This document shows, piece after piece, positions 1-9,048 of a stretch of 64,000 nt of DNA. Position numbers and translations under genes: made by a program. The notes below the pieces were generated by a model that ran no database searches, was not told the origin of the DNA, and saw only the letters and a program-made list of their open reading frames with translations. The stretch covers positions 74,812 through 138,811 of the forward strand of contig JBBRLX010000007.1 in NCBI GenBank assembly GCA_038231135.1, given 5' to 3'. Source of the DNA: Candidatus Eiseniibacteriota bacterium (GTDB taxonomy: Bacteria > Eisenbacteria > RBG-16-71-46). Every line of letters begins with the position of its first letter. Within the stretch, counting starts at the first letter, position 1.

Positions 1-214
1 TCGCGTCGATGTCCTCGGCCGCCAGCAGGTCGTCGAACCGGTCGAACGCGTGCTCGATGCCGAACTTCTGCGCCACGCGCGCGGCCTTCTCGGGATCGCG
101 GTCGCACAGCCCGACCAGCTCGAGGCCTTCGGTCTTCTTGAGCGCCGGTATGTGATTGATCTGCGCGGCCGCACCCACGCCCACGAGTCCGATTCGCACG
201 TTCTTTCGCGCCAC
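1..214 (-). CDS. Gfo/Idh/MocA family oxidoreductase (5' part; runs off window edge)
   Basis: Manual translation from GTG at 214: MARKNVRIGLVGVGAAAQINHIPALKKTEGLELVGLCDRDPEKAARVAQKFGI..., a Rossmann GxGxxA N-terminus typical of the family; not in the ORF track. Confidence 0.85.
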   Translation of the reverse strand, partial: MARKNVRIGLVGVGAAAQINHIPALKKTEGLELVGLCDRDPEKAARVAQKFGIEHAFDRFDDLLAAEDIDA

Positions 215-267
215 TGGGGAGGCCCTCACGGGTGGAGCCGGCACATTACGGAGCGGGTTCCGGAGCG

Positions 268-1281
<1,014 letters not shown>

Positions 1282-1320
1282 CCCGGCCTCCTCCCTGCCA
1301 CCCGTGGCGGAGCGATCCCC

Positions 1321-2340
1321 TCACCCCTGCCATGCCACCCCCCGCGTGCCGGCCTCGAGCGTGCCGATCACGTACACCGTTTCCCCGGCGTCGCGCAGCG
1401 ACCGCTCGACATCGGCGGCGCGGTCGGGACCGCACACGGCGATCATGCCGATGCCGAGATTGAACGCCTGCCGCGCATCGTCCTCGGGCACCGCCCCCGC
1501 CTGGACGAGCCAGCGGAACAGCGCCGGGCGCGGCCACGCCTGCGATCGGATCACCGCGCGCACGCCGGGCGGCAGCACGCGCGCCAGGTTGTCGCCGATG
1601 CCGCCGCCGGTCACGTGGGCGAGCGCGTGCAGGTCCGAGCGCTCGAGCACCGGCACGAGCGCCGGCCCGTACCAGCGATGCGGCGCGAGCAGCGCATTGC
1701 CGATCGAGACTCCCGCGCCCCCGGGCAGCGGGTCCTCGAGTGCATGCCGCGTGCCCTCGACGATGCGGCGCGCCAGCGAGAAGCCGTTGGTGTGGAGCCC
1801 GTCGGACGCGAGGCCCAGCACGACGTCGCCGGGTGCCGCCGCCCCGCCGTCGAGCACGCGGTCGACGGCCACGGTTCCGAGCATGCAGCCGGCGACGTCC
1901 ACCACCCCCGGCAGATACGTGTCCGGCAGCTCCGCGGTCTCGCCGCCGAGCAGCACCGCGTCCACTTCGCGGCAGGCCCGCGCCAGCCCGTCGACCACCG
2001 CGCCCACCACCGCGGGATCCAGTTGCGCCTGCGCGATGTAGTCGAGGAACGCGAACGGCCGCGCGCCATGGACGAGCAGGTCGTTGGCGCCGTGCCGCAC
2101 CAGGTCCTGGGCGGCGTCGCCGACGCGCCCCTGGGCCAGCGCCACGTGCAGCTTGGTGCCGACGCCGTCGAGTGTCGCGGCGATCAGCCGCGACCCGCCC
2201 CCCGGCACGTCCAGCACGCCGGCGAATCCGCCGGGCAGGTCGCGCACCCCCCTGGTCCACGTGGAGCGCGCGGCGCCGACGATCGACTGCTTGAGCGGGG
2301 CCGCGCGCTCGACGTCGACCCCGGCGTCGCGATAGCGCAT
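1321..2340 (-). CDS. purM: Phosphoribosylformylglycinamidine cyclo-ligase (AIR synthase)
   Basis: YRDAGVD N-terminus, DGVGTK, FLDY, GGETAE, GLHTNGFSL, HVTGGG, FNLGIG. Confidence 0.95.
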   Translation of the reverse strand: MRYRDAGVDVERAAPLKQSIVGAARSTWTRGVRDLPGGFAGVLDVPGGGSRLIAATLDGVGTKLHVALAQGRVGDAAQDLVRHGANDLLVHGARPFAFLDYIAQAQLDPAVVGAVVDGLARACREVDAVLLGGETAELPDTYLPGVVDVAGCMLGTVAVDRVLDGGAAAPGDVVLGLASDGLHTNGFSLARRIVEGTRHALEDPLPGGAGVSIGNALLAPHRWYGPALVPVLERSDLHALAHVTGGGIGDNLARVLPPGVRAVIRSQAWPRPALFRWLVQAGAVPEDDARQAFNLGIGMIAVCGPDRAADVERSLRDAGETVYVIGTLEAGTRGVAWQG

Positions 2341-3662
2341 CAGCGGTGGATCCGCAGCGGGCGGACGCGAAGCTGCTGCAGGTCCTCACTGCTGGGACTG
2401 GGCACGAGCGGGAAGCGGCCGGCGACATGGAGCCGGAGCAGGCAGCGCACCACCTCGGGGTCGAACTGCGTGCCGGCGCCACGCTCCAGCTCGTCGAGCG
2501 CCTCGGACAGCTCGAGCGCGCGCCGGTACGGACGGTCGGAGGTCATGGCGTCGAACGCGTCCGAGACGTTGAGGATGCGCGCGCCGACCGGGACGTCCTC
2601 GGCGCGGAGCCCGTAGGGATAGCCCTTGCCGTCCGGACGTTCGTGGTGGGCGCGGATGATCTCGGACGACTTGTGCAGCGCGCGCACGCGCTTCACGATC
2701 TCGGCACCGGCGCCGGGGTGGCCGCGCAGCGTGCGCTGCTCCTCGTGCGACAGCGCGCCCGCCTTCTGGAGGATCACCTGGTGCTGCGGGCCGATCTTGC
2801 CGAGGTCGTGGACCAGCGCCGCGTACTCGATCTCCTCGACCTCGCCCTCGCGCAGCCCGAGTCCGCGCGCCAGCACCACGGCGTACTGGGCCACGCGCAT
2901 GGAATGGTGGCGGGTGTAGGGATCCACTTCCTCGAGCACCTCGGTGAGCGTGCGCACGAAGTCCTTGAGATCCGAGCGGATCTCGACGTACTGGCGGAAC
3001 GCGTGGCGGGCGACCCAGAACGGCACCGCGAACAGCACGAGCCCCCAGCGGCCCGAGCTGAACCAGGTGACGGTCGCGAGCGCGCCGAGCACGATGAACG
3101 AGCCATGGTGGAAGATGCCGTTCAGGTAGTTGCGCTCGAACACCCGCCCCGGACTCGGACCGTGGGCGATGCCGACGATCATCGACGCCAGCGTCGAATT
3201 GACCACGAAGTAGCTGACTCCCATCGCGAGCAGCGGCACGACCTGGCGGGACAGCGTGAACCCGGCGGCGCTGCCGCCGGCCGCACGCCACGCGAACCCC
3301 GCCGACAGCTGGGTGAGCACCGCGATCGCCATGTTGTGGGCCACGCGCACCGGCGACCGGCGCCGCACCAGCGCCTGGCCGGTGAACGTGCTCGCGAGGT
3401 CGACGAGCGCGGTCCACGCCGGCCCTAGGATGACGAGACACGGCAGATCGACGACGGCGCTGGCGGTGGCGTAGCCGCCGCCCGGCAACTCGACCGGCGT
3501 CAGCTCGTTGAGCAGCATGAGCAGGCCGGCGATCACGAGCACGGCGAGCGGCGGGCGGCCATCCCACGGCGCGAACCACAGCGCCGCGCCGGCCGCGAGC
3601 ACGACGCAGGTGTAGTAGGTGTAGAAGAGCCAGGGGCGCCGTGCGGCGAGCGTCTCGCTCAT
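2340..3662 (-). CDS. Multi-pass membrane HD-GYP domain phosphodiesterase
   Basis: About 230 aa hydrophobic N-terminal region with several TM segments; DPYTRHHS, HDLGKIG, HHERPDGKGYP, DAFDAMTSDRPYR. Confidence 0.92.
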   Translation of the reverse strand: MSETLAARRPWLFYTYYTCVVLAAGAALWFAPWDGRPPLAVLVIAGLLMLLNELTPVELPGGGYATASAVVDLPCLVILGPAWTALVDLASTFTGQALVRRRSPVRVAHNMAIAVLTQLSAGFAWRAAGGSAAGFTLSRQVVPLLAMGVSYFVVNSTLASMIVGIAHGPSPGRVFERNYLNGIFHHGSFIVLGALATVTWFSSGRWGLVLFAVPFWVARHAFRQYVEIRSDLKDFVRTLTEVLEEVDPYTRHHSMRVAQYAVVLARGLGLREGEVEEIEYAALVHDLGKIGPQHQVILQKAGALSHEEQRTLRGHPGAGAEIVKRVRALHKSSEIIRAHHERPDGKGYPYGLRAEDVPVGARILNVSDAFDAMTSDRPYRRALELSEALDELERGAGTQFDPEVVRCLLRLHVAGRFPLVPSPSSEDLQQLRVRPLRIHR

Positions 3663-3784
3663 GAACTCCGGCTCGGGATGGTGGGCTGTGGGATTGACAC
3701 GAGACCGACATCCGGTCGGAGGGCCGGTGTCGCTACGTCAAGAGTACTGCTCGTTGCGTATCTTCGAAACCAGGTAGCCTAACC

Positions 3785-3835
3785 CTACCAGCCGCCCTTA
3801 CCGAAGATATTGATCAGCTCCAGGATGAAGTCCAC
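3785..3835 (-). CDS. Small 16-aa peptide MDFILELINIFGKGGW (candidate signal peptide)
   Basis: GTG at 3835-3833, TAG at 3787-3785; AGGAGGT Shine-Dalgarno at 3850-3844 with 8-nt spacer; mostly G/C third positions; co-oriented with both neighbours. Confidence 0.75.
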   Translation of the reverse strand: MDFILELINIFGKGGW

Positions 3836-3949
3836 GAAACCCCACCTCCTTCAAGACAATTGCGTTGCGACCAGGGAGGAACGTATTCCTTACGAACGTT
3901 GGGTGGGATCCGCTTCGCTTTTCCGGATTTGATCGCTTCGCTTCGCCTC

Positions 3950-4765
3950 CTATGAAGATGTCGGTCTCAATACGTATTCGGTGGGTTCCTTGCCGGGCAA
4001 CCCACCCACAATCCGATTCAGCGCGGACAACGTGGCCAGCACCACGGCTTCCTGGGCATCTTGCTCCACCGCACAGGATCCGGCCAGCCTTTTCTGGGCC
4101 CGGTGGCCGAGCAACTCGACCACCACCAGCGCCACCTCGCCCCGGCCCACAGGCAGGATCTGTACCGAGTCGAGGCTGAACGCCACCTCGCCGTCCAGGA
4201 ACTCGAGCACGGTGGCGACCGTGGCCTGGGCCACGAGCTTGAGCGCACCATCGCGCGTGCCCCAGCCGGACGCGCTGCCCATGCGGGGCACGCCCTTCCA
4301 GCGCAGTTCCACTTGCGCCTGGGCGCGCCGGCCGGACACGTACAGGTTGACGCTCGAGAACCGGATCCGCTCGTCGGACTCCGCGTCGTCGGACTCCGCG
4401 TCGTGGGACTCCGCGTCGTGGGTCGTGGGCTCCTCGGTCACCTCGGGACGAATGTCCGTCTCATCCGTGGGACCGTTGTGCGGCGGCGCTGGAATCCCCT
4501 CGGGCGCCGGAACCGGCTCGGGGCCCGAGACACGGTCGGTGAACGCCACCGACACCACGCGAAAGTCGATCGGCCGCTGGAACCGCGTCAGCAGCAGCGT
4601 CTGGATGTCCCGCACGATCTGCTTCGCGGGGCGGCGGGACGACGAAACGACGTGGATTTCAGTGATGTCATCGCCCGCGGTCTGGATGTGGACGCCGTCG
4701 ATGTCGCGCAGCGAGCGAATCGCGGTTTCCGCGAGCGGGATCCAGGTGGAGTGTGTGGTATCCAA
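3950..4765 (-). CDS. Two-domain hypothetical protein (EIHV..KQIVRDI N-domain; acidic/Pro linker; C-domain ending AVVLATLSALNR)
   Basis: 271-aa ORF with globular composition, TTG start; C-terminal part resembles a LeuA-type allosteric fold by eye only. Confidence 0.8.
   Translation of the reverse strand: MDTTHSTWIPLAETAIRSLRDIDGVHIQTAGDDITEIHVVSSSRRPAKQIVRDIQTLLLTRFQRPIDFRVVSVAFTDRVSGPEPVPAPEGIPAPPHNGPTDETDIRPEVTEEPTTHDAESHDAESDDAESDERIRFSSVNLYVSGRRAQAQVELRWKGVPRMGSASGWGTRDGALKLVAQATVATVLEFLDGEVAFSLDSVQILPVGRGEVALVVVELLGHRAQKRLAGSCAVEQDAQEAVVLATLSALNRIVGGLPGKEPTEYVLRPTSS
4371..4422. repeat. 15-bp tandem repeat (about 3.5 copies) encoding (H/D)DAES in the linker
   Basis: tcgtcggactccgcg x2, tcgtgggactccgcg, partial tcgtggg. 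Confidence 0.9.
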
Positions 4766-4805
4766 TGGGCAGCCGGTCTCCAGGGGGGGGAGTTTTGGAG
4801 ACGCG

Positions 4806-4814
4806 ATTTTAGCA
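4806..4814 (-). promoter_or_regulatory. Extended -10 promoter element for the hypothetical/peptide/HD-GYP unit
   Basis: TGcTAAAAT on minus strand about 40 nt upstream of the 4765 start. Confidence 0.55.
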
Positions 4815-4841
4815 CACGCCGAAAACCCGACTCCTAGGAAT

Positions 4842-5786
4842 TCACCCGAGAACCGTGGGGTCCAGCTCGAAGTCCACCATCCGGTGCAGCACGGTCATGC
4901 GTTCGCCGATTTCCGCACGGTTGGTTTCCAAAAGTCTCATGGGACTGAACCCCTCGATGGCGATCGACGCCATCACCGATCCCGCGACCAGCGCCTGGCG
5001 CACGACACCGGGCTCGGCACTGCCCGCGCGTGCCACCCAGCCCAGGAACCCGCCGGCGAACGAGTCGCCCGCCCCGGTGGGATCGTTGAGCGACGCTACA
5101 GGATATGCGGGAGTGATGAACCGGTCGTCCCGCGACTGGTACAGCGCGCCATGCTCGCCCTTCTTGATGATGACCGCCCGGGCGCCGTGTTCGAGCAGCC
5201 GGTCGGCGGCGCGGATCAACTGCGTCTCGCCGGACAGCGCCCGCGCCTCCTCCTCGTTGAGCAGCGCGATGTCGACTTCGCGCAGCACCTCGAACACCCG
5301 GTCGGGCTTGCGCGCGATCCAGTAGTTCATGGTGTCCGACAGCGTGAGCCGCGCGCCCTTCGACTGGCGCAGCACCTCGAGCTGCAGTTCGGGATCGATG
5401 TTCGCGAGGAACACGAACGGCGTGGAGCGATGCGTGGCATCGAGCCGCGGATGGAACGTCGAGAACACGTTGAGCTGGGTCTCGAGCGTATGCGCGTGCC
5501 CGAGCTCGGCGGAATATTCCCCGCGCCAGCGAAACGTGCTGCCGGGAGCGGTCTCGAGGCCGCTCAGATCGATGCCGCGCGATTCGAACCGGGCCCGGTG
5601 CTCGGCGGGAAAGTCCTCCCCCACCACCGCGATCATGCTCACGGCCGCGAAATGGCTCGCCGACAGCGAGAAGTACGATGCCGAACCCCCCAGCGCCTCG
5701 ACCGCCTCGCCGAACGGCGTGCGCACCGAGTCGAGCGCCACCGAGCCCACGACCAGGATCGAGGGTGGCCGCGATTCGGGCGTCAC
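4842..5786 (-). CDS. PfkB family carbohydrate/nucleoside kinase
   Basis: ILVVGSVALD, LGGSASY, LLNEEEA, KKGEHGA, DPTGAGDSFAGGF; GTG start overlaps argS stop. Confidence 0.93.
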   Translation of the reverse strand: MTPESRPPSILVVGSVALDSVRTPFGEAVEALGGSASYFSLSASHFAAVSMIAVVGEDFPAEHRARFESRGIDLSGLETAPGSTFRWRGEYSAELGHAHTLETQLNVFSTFHPRLDATHRSTPFVFLANIDPELQLEVLRQSKGARLTLSDTMNYWIARKPDRVFEVLREVDIALLNEEEARALSGETQLIRAADRLLEHGARAVIIKKGEHGALYQSRDDRFITPAYPVASLNDPTGAGDSFAGGFLGWVARAGSAEPGVVRQALVAGSVMASIAIEGFSPMRLLETNRAEIGERMTVLHRMVDFELDPTVLG

Positions 5787-7519
5787 GATGCCAGCTCCGC
5801 CGGCCGTTCCATGCGCTCGGGCGCGGTCACGCCCAGCAGCGCCAGGCCGTTGGCGATCACGATGCGCGTCGCGTCGACGAGCTGGAGCCGCGCGCGCGAC
5901 AGCTCGGCATCGTCCCCCACCACGCGGCACTGGTGATAGAACCGATGGAACTCGGCGGCGGTCTCCATCAGGAACAGCGGGATGCGCTGCGGCTCGCGCG
6001 CGAATGCGGCGCCGCGCACGACCTCGGGAAACGTCGACAGCATGCGCGCCAGCGCCCGCTCGCCGTCCGCCGTCCACGGCCGCTCGGCGGTCGCCGGCTC
6101 GAGGCCGCGCTCGCGCGCGTAGCGCAGGATCGAGCACACCCGCGCGTGGGCGTACTGCACGTAGTAGGCCGGGTTCTCGTCGTTCTGCTGCTTCGCCAGA
6201 TCGAGGTCGAAGTCCAGGTGCGTGCTGGTGCCGCGCATCAGGAAGAAGAACTTCGCGCAGTCGGCCCCCACCTCGTCCATGAGGTCGCGCAGCGAGACGA
6301 ACTCGCCGGCGCGCTTGCTCATCTTGACCGGCTGGCCGCCGGCCATGAGGTTCACCTGCTGGACGATCATCACCTTCAGGAAATCGGCCTCGAGCCCCAG
6401 CGCCTCAAGCGCGGCGGCGAGCGGCAGGATGTGGCCGTGATGGTCGGGGCCCCACAGATCGATCGCGTGCCGGAACCCGCGCCGGCGCTTGTCGCGATGA
6501 TAGGCGACATCGGGCAACAGGTAGGTCGGCGCGCCATTGCCCTTGACGATCACGCGGTCCTTGTCGTCGCCGAACCGGCTGGTGCGGAGCCACGTCGCCT
6601 CGCCTGAATCCTCGGGCTCGACGCCGCGATCGCCCGCCGATTTGTCGACTTCGGGCTTCACCGCCCGGTACGTCATGTCGCGACCGATCAGCTCCTCGAG
6701 CGTGCGGGCCACGTCGCCCGACGCGTGCAGCTGCGATTCGCGGAACCAGTTCGCGAACTCGGCCCCGTAGTCGTCGAGATCGCGGCGCTGCCACGCCACC
6801 ATGCGGTCGAGCGCCTGCTCGCGGAACCAGCCCAGGTCGCCCCGCGCGAGCGCCGCGCGAGCGGGCGCCTCGGGCAGCTGCCGCGCCAGGTCCGCCAGGT
6901 ATTCGCCGTGGTAGCCGTTGGCAGGGAACTCCGCCGCCGTGCCCACCCGCTCCGCGAACCGCGCGGCGACGGACGCGCCCAGCAGATCCACCTGGTTGCC
7001 GGCGTCGTTGATGTAGAACTCGCCCTCGGCGTCGTGGCCGGTCGCGCGCAACAGCCGCACCAGCGTGGCGCCCACCGCGGCGGCGCGCGCGCTGACCACG
7101 TTGAGCGGCCCGGTGGGGTTGGCGCTCACGTATTCGATCTGGATGCGCAGGCCGTGCGCGTGATCGTGACAGCCGAACTCCGCACCCAGAGCCCGGATCC
7201 GGTTCGGCAGCCCGGCCAGGAACTCCGGCGAATAACGGAAGTTGACGAACCCGGGGCCCGCGACCGTGACCTCCGCGAACCGCTCAGGGTCGGGCGGGAA
7301 CGCCGCCGCAATGCGCTCGGCCAGCGCCCTGGGCGGCTGCTTCAGTTCGCGCGCCAGCGGCATCGCCAGATTGGACGTCCAGTCGCCGTGCGTGGCGTCG
7401 CGCGGCACGGCCAGCTCGATCCTGCGCTCGCGCTCCTCGCTCCACAGGCCGAGCGAACGCAGTGCCGCGGCGAGCCCGTCAGTCAGCGGTTTCCAGACCA
7501 AGATCCACGCTCCGTGCAT
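5783..7519 (-). CDS. argS: Arginine--tRNA ligase
   Basis: HGDWTSN, GPGFVNF, EYVSANPTGPL, YINDAGNQ, WGPDHHGH, KMSKRAG, YYVQYAHAR, APERM; start uncertain by a few codons. Confidence 0.95.
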   Translation of the reverse strand: MHGAWILVWKPLTDGLAAALRSLGLWSEERERRIELAVPRDATHGDWTSNLAMPLARELKQPPRALAERIAAAFPPDPERFAEVTVAGPGFVNFRYSPEFLAGLPNRIRALGAEFGCHDHAHGLRIQIEYVSANPTGPLNVVSARAAAVGATLVRLLRATGHDAEGEFYINDAGNQVDLLGASVAARFAERVGTAAEFPANGYHGEYLADLARQLPEAPARAALARGDLGWFREQALDRMVAWQRRDLDDYGAEFANWFRESQLHASGDVARTLEELIGRDMTYRAVKPEVDKSAGDRGVEPEDSGEATWLRTSRFGDDKDRVIVKGNGAPTYLLPDVAYHRDKRRRGFRHAIDLWGPDHHGHILPLAAALEALGLEADFLKVMIVQQVNLMAGGQPVKMSKRAGEFVSLRDLMDEVGADCAKFFFLMRGTSTHLDFDLDLAKQQNDENPAYYVQYAHARVCSILRYARERGLEPATAERPWTADGERALARMLSTFPEVVRGAAFAREPQRIPLFLMETAAEFHRFYHQCRVVGDDAELSRARLQLVDATRIVIANGLALLGVTAPERMERPAELAS

Positions 7520-7862
7520 CGCCCCACAGGCGATCCAGCATGTAGTACTCGCGCGTCTTCTCGTGGAACACGTGCACGACGATCTCCACGTAATCGAGCA
7601 GCACCCAGCGCCGCCCGGCGAGACCCTCCACGTGCCACGGCCGCGCCCCGCGCTCCCGCAGCGAATCCTCGACGTGCTCGGCGATCGCCTTGACCTGCAC
7701 CTCGCTCGATCCCGAACAGATGAAGAAGTAGTCGCACACGCCGTCGAGTTCGCGCAGGTCGAGCGCCAGCGGCTCGTGCGCCTTCTTCGCCACCGCCGCC
7801 TGCGCCGCGCTGCGCAGCAGTTCGAGCGTGGTGAGCTGTGCCTTGGTCCTGGGCCGGGTCAT
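7479..7862 (-). CDS. rsfS: Ribosome silencing factor
   Basis: KKA..LDLR..CDYFFICSGSS..QVKAIA..EG..WVLLDY..VVHVF..REYYMLDRLW. Confidence 0.95.
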   Translation of the reverse strand: MTRPRTKAQLTTLELLRSAAQAAVAKKAHEPLALDLRELDGVCDYFFICSGSSEVQVKAIAEHVEDSLRERGARPWHVEGLAGRRWVLLDYVEIVVHVFHEKTREYYMLDRLWGDARSVDLGLETAD

Positions 7863-7893
7863 GGGCGACGACTCCGGATGCGCCGTGACGCGC

Positions 7894-8898
7894 TCAACGG
7901 GTGCGCCGTACGGCGTATTCGATCGCGTGGTCGAGCGCGCGATGCGCGGCACGTGCGCCGGCCCGGCCGTTCGCCGCGGCCAGCTGGCCGTTCGCGAGCG
8001 TGCGGGCGCGCGCCGCGAACTCGTCGGCGCGGCGGCGGGCGTAGTCGAAGCCGCCCGCACGCTCCATGCGCTGCCGCAGGTCGTTCCACTGGCCCTTCGT
8101 CCACCGCGTACGCGACGCCAGCTTCACGAGCTGCCGGCGCTCGGCGCCGCCGGCGTTACGGAGCGCCGCGATCAGCGGCAGCGTCACCTTGCCCTCGGCG
8201 AGATCGGCACCCACCGGCTTGCCCGTGACCTCGGGATCGCCATGCCAGTCGAACAGGTCGTCCACGATCTGGAACGCGGTGCCGATCGCCTCGCCGAACG
8301 CCTTGAACCGCGCCCGCGCGCGCCGGTCCCTGCCACCGCCGTTCATGCTGCCGCCGATCTCGGTGGCGGCGCCGATCAGCGAGCTGGTCTTGGCGCGCAC
8401 CACCTCGAGGTACTGGTCCTCGGTCACGTCGAGGTCGCGCGCGTACTGCAGCTCCAGCGCCTCGCCGCACGACATGTCGGCCACCACGCGCGCCAGCACC
8501 TCCATCGCGATCTTCAAGTCGTGCTTCACGAGAATCGCCATCGACTGGGCGTACAGGTAGTCGCCCATGATGATCGCCATCTCGTCCGACCACAGGCCGT
8601 TCACCGTGGGATGGCCGCGCCGCAGCTCGCTCTGGTCGACCGAGTCGTCGTGGATCAGCGCTGCCGCGTGCACCATCTCGATCACGGTCGCGCACCGCAC
8701 CGCGTCGCGGTCGAGATGGCCGTTCAGCTTCGCCACCAGCAGCAGCAGCGTGGGCCGGAACTTCTTCCCGCGCGTCGCGAGCACGTGGCCGCCGACCTGG
8801 TTCAGGATCGGAATCGGCGTCTGGAACGATTCCCGCAGCAACTGCTCGACCTGCATGAGCTGGCGCCGTACGGGTTTCTGGACCGCGGTCATCGACAT
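7894..8898 (-). CDS. Trans-polyprenyl diphosphate synthase (IspB/HepT-like)
   Basis: GKKFRP, FARM LIHDDSVD..RRG, KT, SARM FQIVDDLFD, GKPVGADLAEGKVTLP. Confidence 0.93.
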   Translation of the reverse strand: MSMTAVQKPVRRQLMQVEQLLRESFQTPIPILNQVGGHVLATRGKKFRPTLLLLVAKLNGHLDRDAVRCATVIEMVHAAALIHDDSVDQSELRRGHPTVNGLWSDEMAIIMGDYLYAQSMAILVKHDLKIAMEVLARVVADMSCGEALELQYARDLDVTEDQYLEVVRAKTSSLIGAATEIGGSMNGGGRDRRARARFKAFGEAIGTAFQIVDDLFDWHGDPEVTGKPVGADLAEGKVTLPLIAALRNAGGAERRQLVKLASRTRWTKGQWNDLRQRMERAGGFDYARRRADEFAARARTLANGQLAAANGRAGARAAHRALDHAIEYAVRRTR

Positions 8899-8957
8899 GG
8901 AATGGGCTTTCCAGACGGAGAGGAGGGGTTGCCGAGCACACGAAAGCGAAGCGATGG

Positions 8958-8987
8958 AGGATACGGGGGGCATGCGAAAAGTGTCAA
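8958..8987 (-). promoter_or_regulatory. Sigma70-type promoter for the polyprenyl synthase-rsfS-argS unit
   Basis: TTGACA-18 nt-TATCCT on minus strand. Confidence 0.65.
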
Positions 8988-9048
8988 ACTGTTAGGCGTT
9001 TCGACCACGTTTCGCCGCGGCGCGATCCACGCAGGCTGCCCGCCCGGT

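Noticed and set aside
3900..3948. Repeated cgcttcgctt motifs (a similar motif at about 8943)
   Set aside because: Too short and low-complexity to call an element or operator without a genome-wide count
3663..3949. c-di-GMP riboswitch upstream of the HD-GYP gene
   Set aside because: Could not find the GEMM-I or class II consensus by eye; only generic hairpins and the small ORF
4371..4422. Tandem repeats as a CRISPR array
   Set aside because: 15-bp in-frame units with no spacers, inside a coding linker; no cas genes
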